Shown: piece after piece, positions 39,290 to 51,882 of the stretch
How positions within the stretch are numbered: the stretch's first letter is position 1
How the letters are laid out: each line of letters opens with the position of its first letter
Assembly (NCBI RefSeq): GCF_964204865.1
Contig: NC_135250.1
Span: forward strand, 9,052,001-9,116,000
Reading direction: 5' to 3'
Length of the DNA: 64,000 bases
DNA from: Styela clava
Taxonomy: Eukaryota
Translations under genes and position numbers: made by a program
Notes under the pieces: generated by a model
Database searches by the model: none
Seen by the model: the letters and a program-made list of their open reading frames with translations, nothing else
Told to the model about the DNA's origin: nothing

Positions 39290-39585
39290 ACACATCTATC
39301 AGACCCCCACAACAGAGATGCGACCTATTTCTTAAAGGGGCAGCTGAGCTTTTAAAACGGTAGGTGCTGCTAATGCAATGACAACCATAAACCCGATGGT
39401 AAGCTTCCGCTAACTGATCTAAAGTACACCAACAAAAGATCAAAACGAATACTTTATTCATTAAAAAACTGTACTATCGAGAATACCATCTCGTTGCCAT
39501 AGGTGCTTTTGATTGGAGAACTGTTGAATTCACGGCCACCAGAAGTCATGCTATCCATCGAACAGTGCTGACCTCCCAAGAGCCA

Positions 39586-42329
39586 TCATTTCGTTCCCTC
39601 TGCAGACCTCTTCTCTTTTAAAGTTGCAACAAAATCTTTCACAGTTTGGGTTTTAAAATAACCTGAAAAAATATTTCATTTTTTTATTAGTTTGAATGCC
39701 AAAATCATTAACACAACAAACGCCACATATCAAACTAGATAATTCACCTTCCGTACTGTCAAAAAATTCTTGAAGCCAACCAGGCCTTTCAGAGTCATTT
39801 TCATATTCATAAGCCTGTAAAATCATATCCAACCTATCAAGATCTTTTACGAATATTGATTCAGGTGTCTTCTGCTCTTCAAATTCCTGTTTATATCAAA
39901 ACACAAATGAAGTTAGTTAGTAAGTAGAACATATTATATCATCAAGTGCGCTGATACCTGAACAATATTAATTTTAGTATTATTAAGAGTATTGTCTAAA
40001 CTTGAAATATCATGTGCAAGCCTCACTTGAAATAAACTTTGAATCTCTTCGGCATTATGTTGAGGCAACAAATCTCCAAGTTGTTTCATTGCATTCTGAA
40101 TAAATATAGTTACCGTTTATGAGGCCAAAAAATGACAATGTGGAATCCCTAAGATAGAAGGGGCCCAACTAATATATTGTGTTGTCAATATAGTAATACA
40201 GCAGACCATAGGTGCTTGGAGAGTTGGCACTAGCACAGTAGAATTGAAATCTGGAGTTTGCAGAAGTAGAAATTTCAAAATTTTAGACCTCTCATGAAAA
40301 CTAGGGATTTTAAAATCACAACGGACTCATGCCAAAGTAAAATTTGGTCCTCTCAGAGTTGAGGGCTGGGGTCAAAAGTTCCTTTTTCTGGAGTCAGGAG
40401 CCTGAAACAAAAGGTTTCTCGGTCACGAGTTTTGTTTATTAAATGGCTCAAGAGTTGGGAGCTGAAGTGGGCAATGCCATATTGATGCAGGATTGCTGGC
40501 AAAAACCAATAGGATGTTTCACACATGCTGGTATATTTGAATTATTACTCGACATACCGTTTCTTCCGTATATTTTTGTTCTTTCGAAATCCCATCGCAC
40601 GGGGTGTAATCTCCAACAATACATTCTGCCATGTCATGAACCAAGCAAAGTTTCATACAACTAGAAAAAAGAAATGTAAGATCATAAATTACTCACAATC
40701 AGGAATGGGTAGCTAGTTTGAAACTATAATGGCTCACGTGTTAGATTCAAAATGTGGCTCCAAAGCTTTATGTTTAACCTGATGTTTTTGGTATGACCAT
40801 TACCATGAAACACTATAATAGTTGTAAATTTTAAAATTACAAACAATAATAGGCCATATGTAGATTTATTGATCAGGGCAGAGTAGATGATTAAACACAT
40901 AGGAAACAAGGACCAATTTTAGACATGGCGAATAACACAAATTTACACCTTTTTTATAAAACTATTAATTATATAAGTTCGCACATGGAGTCAAAGATGA
41001 ACTAGCAATTTATAAGAGTTCCCATACAGCAGAATTTCAGTAATTCAATGGGTTCTACTGCTTGCTTGAAAAATAAGGTTGATAGCAAAAATCTATACCT
41101 ACTGGTCCTTCCGTAAATCTGGTTCACACATTGTCATTGCCATGATTGACATTCTGCAAGAAAATGTTGAGTGGCATTTCAAAATAGTGACATATCCCAA
41201 GATTTAACCAAAGGCATGTAATGAGAGACCCACTAATTTGGTTTGTTTATGTTTATGAGAGATGTTTATGAATATCTCGAATATTTAGGCCGGCTTCATT
41301 CGATGATTTAACCGCGACATAATTTAAAATCATCACCTCAAACTGGCAGATAATAATATTTGTTTTTAGATGTATAGCAGGGCTCTCGAGTTCGTGAAAA
41401 TTTAAACTCGCCACAGACTAAAAACCTTAAAAAATGTTGACTTTTTTGACTCCAGCACCGAAATCCAAGGTAATCACATTTTGATAACAAAAACATTGGT
41501 GTGTGCAAGCTTTCTTTTTATACACTGTTAAGAACACTTATTAAACTTGATGCTTTTTTAGTTTCCGAGGGAAATTTTGACTTTTATTATCGCCATTGAA
41601 GCTTTGAAATTTTGACTACAGGCGTTTGAAAATTCGACTCCGCTGGAAGCATGTCAAACTGTGCCCAATATAAAAAAAACAAAAAATTCCTGAGAAAATG
41701 GACTAATACCTAGTTTACCCCAATGTCGTCGTTCCTTTAAGTTGTGTCTAACTTACCTATACATGTGTCCACTTATTGTTTCAGGATCTTCCACTCCCTT
41801 TCTCACCCAGCCTGACCGCTTGATTTTCTGAATACCAAATTCGTTTGTGTGTGAGATATTTGAGAACGAATTGAAGTATCATAACATTTTATGTCAGACA
41901 ACTTGAAAGCTAAAGAGGAAAGTCAAACCAGATAATAAATTTCTATTCGCAAATTGATTTGAAGAGAGATAAACAGCATGGTTGGCAGACAACATTAATA
42001 TACATAACTTTGGACGTAAAATGATTAAAATCTTTTTCGTGAAGAATAATTTCAAATGGTATAAATACATTCTGGCAATCCAACTTAATAAAATTATCTT
42101 TTTAGGAAGTAAAATATTTATTATGATCCATTTTATTTCAAATATTCGAAACGACACGGAGAAAAGGAATTTGAAACAAATATAGTGTGTTTATAAGAAA
42201 AAATCGCAATTTGATTTTAAAATCTCTCACCTTTAATCTTCCCACTAATGAATAAAATGTCATCATATCTTTATACTTATTCATATTTCGGTTGATATGA
42301 CAGAAATTTCTAGTTACTAATTTATACAT
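39586..42329 (-). CDS. HDDC2: HD domain-containing protein 2 (5'-deoxynucleotidase family), about 202 aa
   Basis: Seven exons in phase: 42329-42231, 41827-41757, 41153-41103, 40660-40558, 40095-40027, 39886-39748, 39662-39586 (609 nt). Motifs LVGRLK-KIKRSGWV, ETISGHMYRM, LVHDMAECIVGD, FVKDLDRLDMILQAYEYE, LQEFFDST. Alternative start at 42284. Confidence 0.93.
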
Positions 42330-42569
42330 TCAAGTTCAAGCAAAATTATGACAAAAATCTATGTAAGAAAAAAATTAAACAAAAAAATAATCCATAAAAT
42401 TCATAATACAAGATTTCAGAAGCAAATTATCACAACAGATAGAAATTTACAAGAAATTTGATTTTTTTTCTGCAAATAATTTTTTAAAACAAAAACTCAA
42501 AGTCGTCAAAAACCTTTTAATTGCCGATAGCTTGCAAAGCTGTGATTTCTATTTTCCAGTTTTATCTAA

Positions 42570-43415
42570 TTATTGTGTTACAGCCGGTGCTGGCTGAGCC
42601 CCTTTGAAACGAGCGTTCATAAAGCCAGGCATAGGTAGAATTTGCCCTTCCTCGGCTTTGAAAAATGTATAAGATAATACAATATCATTAACTCTAGCTA
42701 ATTGCGGATCATTATCGAATTCAGGGTCGATATAAAAAAATACAGGCATGTCCACTTCTTCATGTGGATTTAACCATTGTTCTTCAAAGCAAAAACATTG
42801 AATTTTATTGAAATAGGGTCCAGCTTGAAAAGGCAGCACATTATAGGTTGCAACCCCTACAATAGGTGTATCAGTGGGATTTTTGGCTGTATAAAATGCC
42901 AGAGCAGTTTCTCCTGGAACAACTGTCACTCGATGCTGCGAAGGCTTAAAATTCCATTGCATTGCTGCATGTCTATCTGCGTTGAAAGTTACTGTGATCG
43001 GTCTTTCTCGAATCGGTTTCATTGTGCTCACATTTTCAGTTTTGTGGCCGATGTTAGGATCTCCGCCAATTCCTGTGGCCTGACAGAACATTCTGTATAG
43101 GGGAACACTTGCATATGAAACACCGATCATGAATATTATTCCAGAAGCAATGTATAATACAACATCAACATTTGAACCACGATTTGTATGATAATATTTA
43201 TTATTAATTGAAAATCTCAATCTTGAAACATGTAGTGTCCGTCTTTTACATTGCACAGCAAAATCTTGAGAAGTTTGTAATAATAACTTCTTTGTAGGAA
43301 AAAGAATTTTCAACATGGATTTTCCACTGCAAGTAGTCGATATTCCACTGCTGGTAGAAGCCAGCCTCAATTGACATTGCAATGTTCTGCATAAACTTGA
43401 AGCAAGTCTAAACAT
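42570..43415 (-). CDS. COX11: Cytochrome c oxidase copper chaperone COX11 (281 aa), single coding exon
   Basis: Presequence-like MFRLASSLCRTL, TM helix ending SYASVPLYRMFC, VVPGETALAFY, copper motif KIQCFCFEEQ, DMPVFFYIDPEF. First ATG after the acceptor at 43434-43433. Confidence 0.97.
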   Translation of the reverse strand: MFRLASSLCRTLQCQLRLASTSSGISTTCSGKSMLKILFPTKKLLLQTSQDFAVQCKRRTLHVSRLRFSINNKYYHTNRGSNVDVVLYIASGIIFMIGVSYASVPLYRMFCQATGIGGDPNIGHKTENVSTMKPIRERPITVTFNADRHAAMQWNFKPSQHRVTVVPGETALAFYTAKNPTDTPIVGVATYNVLPFQAGPYFNKIQCFCFEEQWLNPHEEVDMPVFFYIDPEFDNDPQLARVNDIVLSYTFFKAEEGQILPMPGFMNARFKGAQPAPAVTQ

Positions 43416-43434
43416 CTTGTTTTCAAATATTACT

Positions 43435-44526
43435 GTTTCAGAACAAAACATTACAGTTAAAAATCATATTATGGATAAAAAAAATAGGTTTTCTCGCACG
43501 ACTGCATTATGTGTACTTGCATTCAGGTATGTCTTCATGTCTAAAATGAAGAAAATAATGGAATGCTTTGCAAATAATTATATTCAATACAACAGATTCT
43601 TGATGTTTGGGAAATTTAAATATACTATCTATCTAGCATTCTATCCTATCAAATTTAATATACTTTATTCGAAAATTTCAATATAATACATGTGGCCATT
43701 GAAAAACAATTAATGATTTTTTCATTATTTCTGAATATTTAATTTAAAAATATATAAGGATTTGTGCAAATTTTGAGTCTAAATATTAGAATTTGAAATA
43801 ATATTAGTTTGCACTTTGCATTAAATACTAATTTACTCGTATACTAAGTAACACTGCTCACTCATATTGTTTCACTTTCAGACGCCCAACACGCTTTCAG
43901 ACTCAGAATACAATAAAAACGACAACAACGCGGTGACAGGTATGCGACCAACTACTGGAATAAAACCTGATTTTAGTCATAACATTACCAACAACAAGCG
44001 AAGGAACCAGTCCAGAGTATCCTCATACTAAGTAATAAAAACCTCATATCGGTATTTCACGCCGAATCTGTTCTTATCATAGTAGACTGACTGATAGAAA
44101 ACTTGATGTAATATTTACAATTACAAGTTCCAACGTTTCTAATATTTCGAATTACCAAATACTTGCCATGCAGATGCGCAACACAAGAAAAACGCCGCAA
44201 TTGTCTTTGTTTTATTCGTACGATATTTGTGTGAATGAGGGGAATTGGACACATTTGAGAGGTAGGAAAATCTTTCCACTTCCCGAGATAAATATGCAAA
44301 CATATCGCCCTAACGTTTCGGCATGTCATGCATGTAGGAGGTAGACGCTTTCTCTCAGATCCCAATGTTGATAATTGATTACGTCACAATGACCAAACAT
44401 GTGATTTATGTATTTGTTTATCCTGCGTGACTACCCGGAAGATAGAGAACCTATTCCAGGATTTTTTATTCAAGCTTTTGTGAAAATCATGTGTGAAAAT
44501 AACTCTGCCTAATTACAAAATTGAAA
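43435..44526. promoter_or_regulatory. Probable bidirectional promoter region between COX11 and KLHL10
   Basis: About 1.1 kb between divergent start codons, no recognisable TE, locally CpG-richer at about 43880-44420. Inferred from position only. Confidence 0.45.
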
Positions 44527-47500
44527 ATGTCATCAAAAGCTTCCGGTGATGCTCCACAATCAGGTAATCAATAGGAATTCACAGTAAGTTTTTTAAGTGC
44601 ATTGCAACCGACAAAGATTAATCGTTATATCTAAAATGTAGTTAAAAATCAAATTTTATATGAATGGCTTATAGTAATAGCTGTAGAAATTCGTTTGTTA
44701 GAGACATAGGGCAGCCTCGCGAGCATTCTTATATTTGAGTTTATTATTCACAAATAGTGAATGGTACACGCCGTACCTAATGGTACCTAACTTTCTGAGC
44801 TTATTAGTCTGCACTAACATTTTTTCGGGATTTAAGTTAGAGATAAAGAGTGAATATGTTCTGATTAATGAAAACTGGTAAGATGAGGTGAATCTACTTG
44901 TTTATCTTTTTCAAATACAGAAACTAAACGAATAACAGAAAAGAAGGATGATATTTACAATTGGAGAATGTCTTACGAGGCGTGGCAAACATTCAACGAC
45001 TTGAGAGAGAAGGGGCTTTTCTATGATGTCACTCTTGTCACAGACGACCAGCAAAAGTTTTCAGCGCACAGGATTGTTCTGTGCACGTGTGGTCATTACT
45101 TCAGGTACTGAAAGCTTTTACTTATTTATTTCGCAGCAATCTTTCCATTTTCTTACGTTATTAATATGATAAAAAAGGAAATATCCATTGCAGTATTCAT
45201 TTTCTTAAAGCGAAATGAAAAATCGTGCGTTTCATTTGATTGAAACACTAATACAGTCAAATGTCTTTCGGCATTTTTTACAGATCATTATTCAGCGGAC
45301 GCTGGAAAAGCAGTAGTCAGAAGGAAATACGGATTCCCGGAGTAAACGCTACTATGATGAAATGTGTTATTCAATTTGCTTATACAAGAAGTGTGAGAGC
45401 CAATCTCTAGTTTGTCTATATATATTTAATTTTTGCCTGGTATCTGCTCAAATTGTTCATATTTGTTGTTACAGATAAAGTTAAATTCTATAAGCGAAGC
45501 AAAGGAGTTGCTCATTGTTGGAAACCACTTCGGCGTTGACGAAATGATGAAAATATGCGCCCACTATCTCACGCAAAAAATGAAGCCCAAAAATTGTTTG
45601 GAATTTTGGGAATTCGCCAGGTGATAGATAGATAATGATTTATTTCCGATACAAGTACATAATACAGTAAGCATGAGCAAATAACAATAAGCATAAAAAT
45701 GTATACGGAAGGGGACGGGCAAGACTTCCAAGGTCAACAAGGTCGACCGACCCCTAAGGTAAGATTCTACCAAGACAGGACACTCTAAAGCAGGCATCAT
45801 AATTACAATAAAGAAATAGAAATTTTTGAGTTTTAAGCCCGGTTAAGAGGCTCCAGAAATCAATTCCCCGAAAGTATTGGAATAGAAATAAAAATTACAA
45901 GGAACAAAAACATCACATGATTACGCAGATCATGTTTTTGATAGTAATTAAAAATGCGAGAAAGAATAAGAAGGGCGTCGGGCTGATGAGAATGAGGCAA
46001 TTTCTATGAATAGGTGAAAAATTAAAAATACCATACTTCCCAAGCTATATAGTACATATAATTATTACTTCAGACTATATATAATAGTATCTTCAATAAT
46101 TTTCACAAAGACATATAAAGAATGCATATATAAGATTGTGAATTCCTATCCATTTGATTGTTGGTTACATATACTTTAGTAAAAATCAGCAATGCTTTTT
46201 CGTTAGAGTTGAATGAATAGTCAATAGATCTTCTAATATATATATATATATATTGAAATAAATGAAAAATAGGTATAACGAACTATCACTTTTTAAATCG
46301 ATGAACGTGGCCTGCATTTGTTATGTTCTATCTGTGACCCACAATACCCAGTCTTTGTGTTTTATTGATCTAGAATTTACTATTGCAAAGAGTTGGAGAT
46401 GAAAGCCTTTTTGTTTATTCTGAGTAATTTCCAATCACTCGCGAACCTCCAAGAATCTTGTAGTGGTAAGACGTTGATGGAACTGGATGCCGATAGTCTG
46501 CGGAAAATTCTTGAAAATGATGAACTCAATGTGAAAAACGAGAAGCTGCCTCTTCGTGTCGTTTTGAGGTTAGACCAGGGGTCACCAATTTTTTTTTTGA
46601 CTGCAGACCAGGTATGACTCAAACTGTGTTGAAACGGGCCGGACAAATATTTTTGTCAATGCAATACAATAAATTTCCAAAAGTAAGAAAATCCTTTCAA
46701 TTTATTCAACAATACAAATTCTACATTTCTGAAGTCTTGAATATTAAATTCTATATCGCAGAATATAGATCAAGAACAACATGAGGTTACCTGTTAAGAT
46801 AACAATTGCTGTCATGAATATTCGCATGTAAGCAGTACAAAAGTTAATGTGACTTGTACTATTAGCGTAAAATTCACGTTCGACGTTTATTTTAGCACGA
46901 GAAACGTACACAGCAACGGCACGCGCCACGAGTGTATCCTTCGCGGAAACGCTGCGTTCCGGTATAGAATTTTAGAAAAATAGTGATTGACTTACTTGAT
47001 TCATACTTAAATTTCTAAATCACGATCAAAACTAACGAATAGCATTCAAAATCGCGAAAACGAGATATCATTTGAAACCACAACTGAAAATCCGGAGCGA
47101 ATGCGAGAAGGTCTATTGTTAGGTCACGTTTTGCATCTTGCTGATTGGTCAATGTTACGAAATAAACAAGTAAGTCGATGCTCGGGAATACATCCCTTGG
47201 AAAAAATGCACCTTGTTTTCATGTTATTGCGGGCCAGATGAAAAGATGCCACGGGCCGCATCCGGCTCGCAAGCCGTAGTTTGGTGACCCCTGGATTAGA
47301 TAGTCAAAACTTCTCATGTCTACAACACAATTATATATATATTCATTTGTAAACGGCATCGTGTCATGTAAATAATATTTTATGTCCCTTTTTATTCAAA
47401 CAAGGGGTGTATATCTACATATATATCTTAATTTTGATTCCGTCGTCTTCAAGTACATTCTATAATCCACAAGATAAGCTGCTGGTTCTCACATATGGTC

Positions 47501-50500
47501 ATTTTATATTCCACTATTTTAGCCACTAGTTTTCATTCATACACTGCAGAAGTTGTGTAGTATCTAAAAAAATTCCCCAAAATTTTTTTTCTCCAATGTT
47601 TGTGGTTTGAATTTTGAACATCCAACGCTAGCCCACCCTTTTGATTTAATGGAGTTGTTTTTGACAGCTGGGCTAGTAGTCCAATCAATCGTCATCGCCA
47701 AACGGATTTCTTCAATCTTCTGTTCTCCGTCAGACTAGGTTTGTTGAAAGCGGAATTCATTGAAGCTTTTGTGAGAAATCACGACCTCGTAATATCATCT
47801 GCACGATCGAGGTAACTTGTGTCAAGTTTTTTAAATGTTGTTTTACTAATTGTTTATCTATGAATGCTATGGTATATATATATAAGATTCTGCTTTGGAG
47901 CTCGAAATATTTGACATAATTTTTTAATCATATTATATAGTCAAGTATTAGTTTCTTGCCCTAAATTAGTATTTTTAACGCAGATCCCTCATAGAAAAGC
48001 AGATTCATTTATCGAGGATGAAGGAAAATCTTGGAGACAATAAAGCAGCTTTCACAAAATTTGCTACCGATGTTGGCACCAAGTTATTTAATGCAGACAT
48101 ATCATTTCCACCAACATCGCTAGAATGCGATATACTGCGCCTCACTTCGAGGCCTCGTTTTCCGCGAGAAGTTATTCTAGTCGTGGGCGGATGGAGCGGC
48201 AACGCTCCTACATCATCTAGCGAGGCATATGATCCTGTGACTAGAACATGGTGTGATACAAATATAGCGTTTCCGACGCTCTTGAAGGTAAGCGTCGGCG
48301 AAAATCTGTGGTTTATATTGTTAGACGCAATCTTTCTTTCTGATGTGATCCATATTTTCCATCCGACTAAGGTTCCGTAACAGCTGTCGCCTCGCAGTAG
48401 GACGCATACATACGCATGACTGGGTTTTTTATATATACATGACAATTAACGGCACAAAATACCTAATGTGTATAAAGAGTAACTAGAGTATATTTTCGAT
48501 TGCAATATCTCAAATCGTTTGACGACCTTTAGTGTTAAGTAGACTACTTCTGATTGCGTGTTATTCGGGGAAATTGAGAAACCAGGCACGCCATTTTTGG
48601 GAATTGCTCCAGAAAAAATGCTTCCCAATCAGAGAGTATATTTTGTTATAATAAATACCAATGAACTACACCTTTTTGACCACGTTTATGTTTACTAATG
48701 TGCAAAATATATACCTAATACTGGCTGTTATGAAAGGTATTGCCAGAATCTTTTTCACTATACCTATTTTAGCACCACTGAAGTACATTTCACAGAAGGT
48801 AATAGTGAAAGAAACTAGAGCAGAATCTGCAAAACTCTGCTGTCATATATAATACTGGGTGACCGTACATTTGAACCCATGTACATTTGAACCCATGTCT
48901 ATATCCGCGGGTTCAATCAATATGCAGGTGCTGAAACCCATGGGTTAGGGTTAGTATGGGTTCAACTATCCGTACAACAAAAAAATTTCAATAGGTGCAA
49001 TAGTATGCAGGTGCAATTGTCATGGGTTCAAATGTACGTGGGTTCAAATGTAATGGAACCATAATACTGTACTGATTTAGTAAAAGCAATGTAATCAACT
49101 GAAAACTTAACTATTAAATTCTATAGAAACCCCGAGCATATCACGGCGTGTGTTATCTTGATGGAATGTTATATGTTGTTGGTGGATTTGATGGTCAGTT
49201 AACATACAATTCCTGTGATCGTTATAATCTCATATCAGGAAAATGGAAGAAAATGTGTGGAATGCATCACAGGTATACTTGCGCTCCATGAGCACGAAAA
49301 CGTTGATACATATGAAGAGAGAAAGGATCAATATTTGTGACCGCGCCGTACTCGATAATATGAGCCCATAATATGGGTATTGGCGATTACTACTAAACAC
49401 TGCATATACGAAAGTATACTGTACTGGGAAATACAGTGATATGAATAAAAAATTTACCTCAATTGTTTATTATTTATTAATACCCAAGCGTATGGTACAT
49501 TTGGTGTAATTATGTGCAAATTCGGTATGTTTCAACTTATTAAAATCATAATGTCACACTTGTAGGAGATGCTACGTTGGAGTTGCTGAACTTGATAAAT
49601 TGATTTACGCTGTTGGTGGATCCGAAGGTGGAGGGGAACATTTAAGATTAAAATCCGCGGAGAAATATGATCCGAATGTTAATGTCTGGACTCGTTTACC
49701 CGATATGACTGAAAGAAGGAGCGATGCAGGTAACATCTGATCAGAGAATGTAAATCACATTTTTAACAATATAAATATACTAAAGCATGTGTAGTCGGAA
49801 CTTATCAGTCTGCATAAAGTGAACAAATCTGTTGAAATCAACGATGAGAGAGTAGCATGACGGACTATATCGTGCCAGCCAACCTTCAGTCGTTAATTAT
49901 TATATATATATAGTTTGTATGAGCGCAAAAACAAGCACACGCATTGTATTGACATGCTAACACTATAGAATTAACTTTTGCTTGTGGTAATTTAATGTTA
50001 ATAAAGTAATACTTTCATTACAATGCATTTCATTGAGTTTAAACTTTGGGAACGTTTGTATTGGGGCATTTGAAATATAATTCTCCGTTTGTTTCAGGTG
50101 TATGTGGGTTATCTGGAAAGATATACGTTGCTGGAGGTTTCACTGGACACCAATGCGTATTTTCTGTTGAATATTTCGACACAGAATCTCAACAGTGGTC
50201 ACGCATTATTCCGATGCGAATTCCTCGTTCGGGGGTCACTGTTATAGCCTACAAGAATCGCGTTCTTGCTCTGGGTGGATTTGATGGAAATTCTTCCAGG
50301 TTGAATAGTGTTGAAGCTTACGATCCACAACTCAACTTATGGACGACATGGCCCGATATGTCAACTGGCAGGTACCATTATACTGATCAACAATTTTATA
50401 TATTAACTCGGATTCGATCCACTAATTTTAAACTCACTTACGTACATTGGCAGGTCCAACTTTGGTGCGTGTGTGCTCGGAGGAAAACTTACTGTTATGG

Positions 50501-50973
50501 GTGGATTCAATGGAGTTTCCACTTGTTGCAACGTAGAATACTTTGACGATGAAGGCGACTCGGATGACGTAATTGCTGGAGGAAGTGACGCTGAAGTTCC
50601 TGGTCCGAGTAATCGATTGGCTCGGCACGGCAACGATAGCCCTTCGTATGAAGGTAATGGAAGCGGCGACAACGATGAAGATAATGCGGATGGTTTGAGG
50701 CATGTTTTAAGACTACAAAACCTGAGGCCCGAAAACTTGCCTGCCAATCGTGAAATTCCGACCGGAGTTTGGCGTCGTCTGCCGGATATGAAAATCAGTC
50801 GAAGTGCACTGAGTTGCTGTGTGGTTAAGAATCTCCCACCGCCTTTTCTACGGTCAGTGGTTGCTCCTCTTGAATCCTCGGGGCATCACCCAGTGGCAGG
50901 ATCGACGCAACAATGGGATGCTTTGGATAGACTAATGGCTGTTTGCATTCAAAATACATTTCATAACAGTTGA
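44527..50973 (+). CDS. KLHL10: Kelch-like protein 10 (BTB-BACK-Kelch), about 740 aa
   Basis: Eleven exons in phase: 44527-44563, 44921-45104, 45284-45392, 45475-45620, 46374-46568, 47668-47811, 47984-48287, 49127-49272, 49566-49729, 50098-50371, 50454-50973 (2223 nt). KLHL10-type motifs SAHRIVLCTCGHYFR, DELNVKNE, RPRFP..IL.VGGWSG, PRAYHG, RRCYV, RRSDA, RSNFG, RSALSCCVV. Confidence 0.88.
45621..46050 (-). mobile_element. 5'-truncated LINE-like remnant abutting a KLHL10 splice donor
   Basis: Minus strand shows a GGGGTCGG...CCGTCCCC stem-loop, T-rich tract, AATAAA and (TATC)n tail ending at the donor GT (45621). The 5' boundary is approximate. Confidence 0.45.
46576..47293. mobile_element. hAT (Buster-type) element in KLHL10 intron 5
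   Basis: TIRs CAGGGGTCACCAA / TTGGTGACCCCTG; TSD ggttagac/gattagat; contains an ATGGACCT-family fragment at about 46985-47190. Confidence 0.85.
48858..49060. mobile_element. MITE with 9 bp TSD (MULE-like) and internal TTAGGG
   Basis: Perfect TSD ATAATACTG (48849-48857, 49061-49069); TIRs with tandem TACATTTGAACCCA; GGGTTAGGGTTAG at 48942. Confidence 0.85.
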
Positions 50974-51882
50974 AAGTGCCATTTACTACTGGTTGCTTTA
51001 TTGCTAACGCTGTCATTTTTATGAATCTCGATTTCTTCTTTTTTCCTAACTTTTTTATTCATTCATGTTTTTGCGCCATTTCTTTGTTGTCCACTGTACT
51101 ATGAATCGTCAGTTTATTTATTTAGACATATTATGAGTTTCCGTTGCTCGTATTTTTGTTTTATACGCAATTTCATTAAACAATAATGATATAATAATAT
51201 AGAAGTATATTGAAAAAAAATGATGATTTCTGACTCAAATTTATCGATTTGATTATGCTTAATATGCGTTCCACATATATTCTTGTATTTGTCAAAATAT
51301 GTACTTTTAATTAGAGCTGTTATGTTTAAAGTTAGATCTACGTAAACTATTTATTTTTTGTTTATTTTAATAGATCTTAGGTATTTACTCGGCATTTAAT
51401 CCTATACATTTGTGATATGATTGTTTGTCATATTTATATGATATTTTTATACATATATACTTTGTACATATATAAAATATATATATATTCACATACCAAC
51501 TGGTATCAGTCTCTTTATATTTATTATTGTCTTACAATGCGAATACACTACAAAGTTATAAATTCAATATACAGCAACCTGTCGGGTAAACAAAATTTAT
51601 TTATTTCAATAACACAATTTGTACCAAAATATTAGGCGCGTACAAAATTGTTACAAACCACGCGAGATATTTTCAACATTCGTTTCAAACTTACGCTCGA
51701 TGTTATACCTAGGCGACGGTCTTTAGCATTATATCACGATTCTACTGAGTAGATAACTGAGAACACATTTCAATAAAAATTTACAATGCTGTTTTGAGCC
51801 GCTACATGTGTTGTACGTAGCAGTCCGAGGTCATCACATATAGAGAAAAATTTACTTTCAACTAATATATAATTGTCGAACA

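Noticed and set aside
39454-39588. About 43 open codons after the HDDC2 TGA as readthrough or selenocysteine
   Set aside because: The protein already has normal length, no convincing SECIS or readthrough context was seen, and AATAAA ends this stretch like an ordinary 3' UTR.
43416-43451. ORF-track extension MFCSETVIFENK for COX11
   Set aside because: It spans the acceptor at 43434-43433 and would mask the presequence; the ATG at 43415 is preferred.
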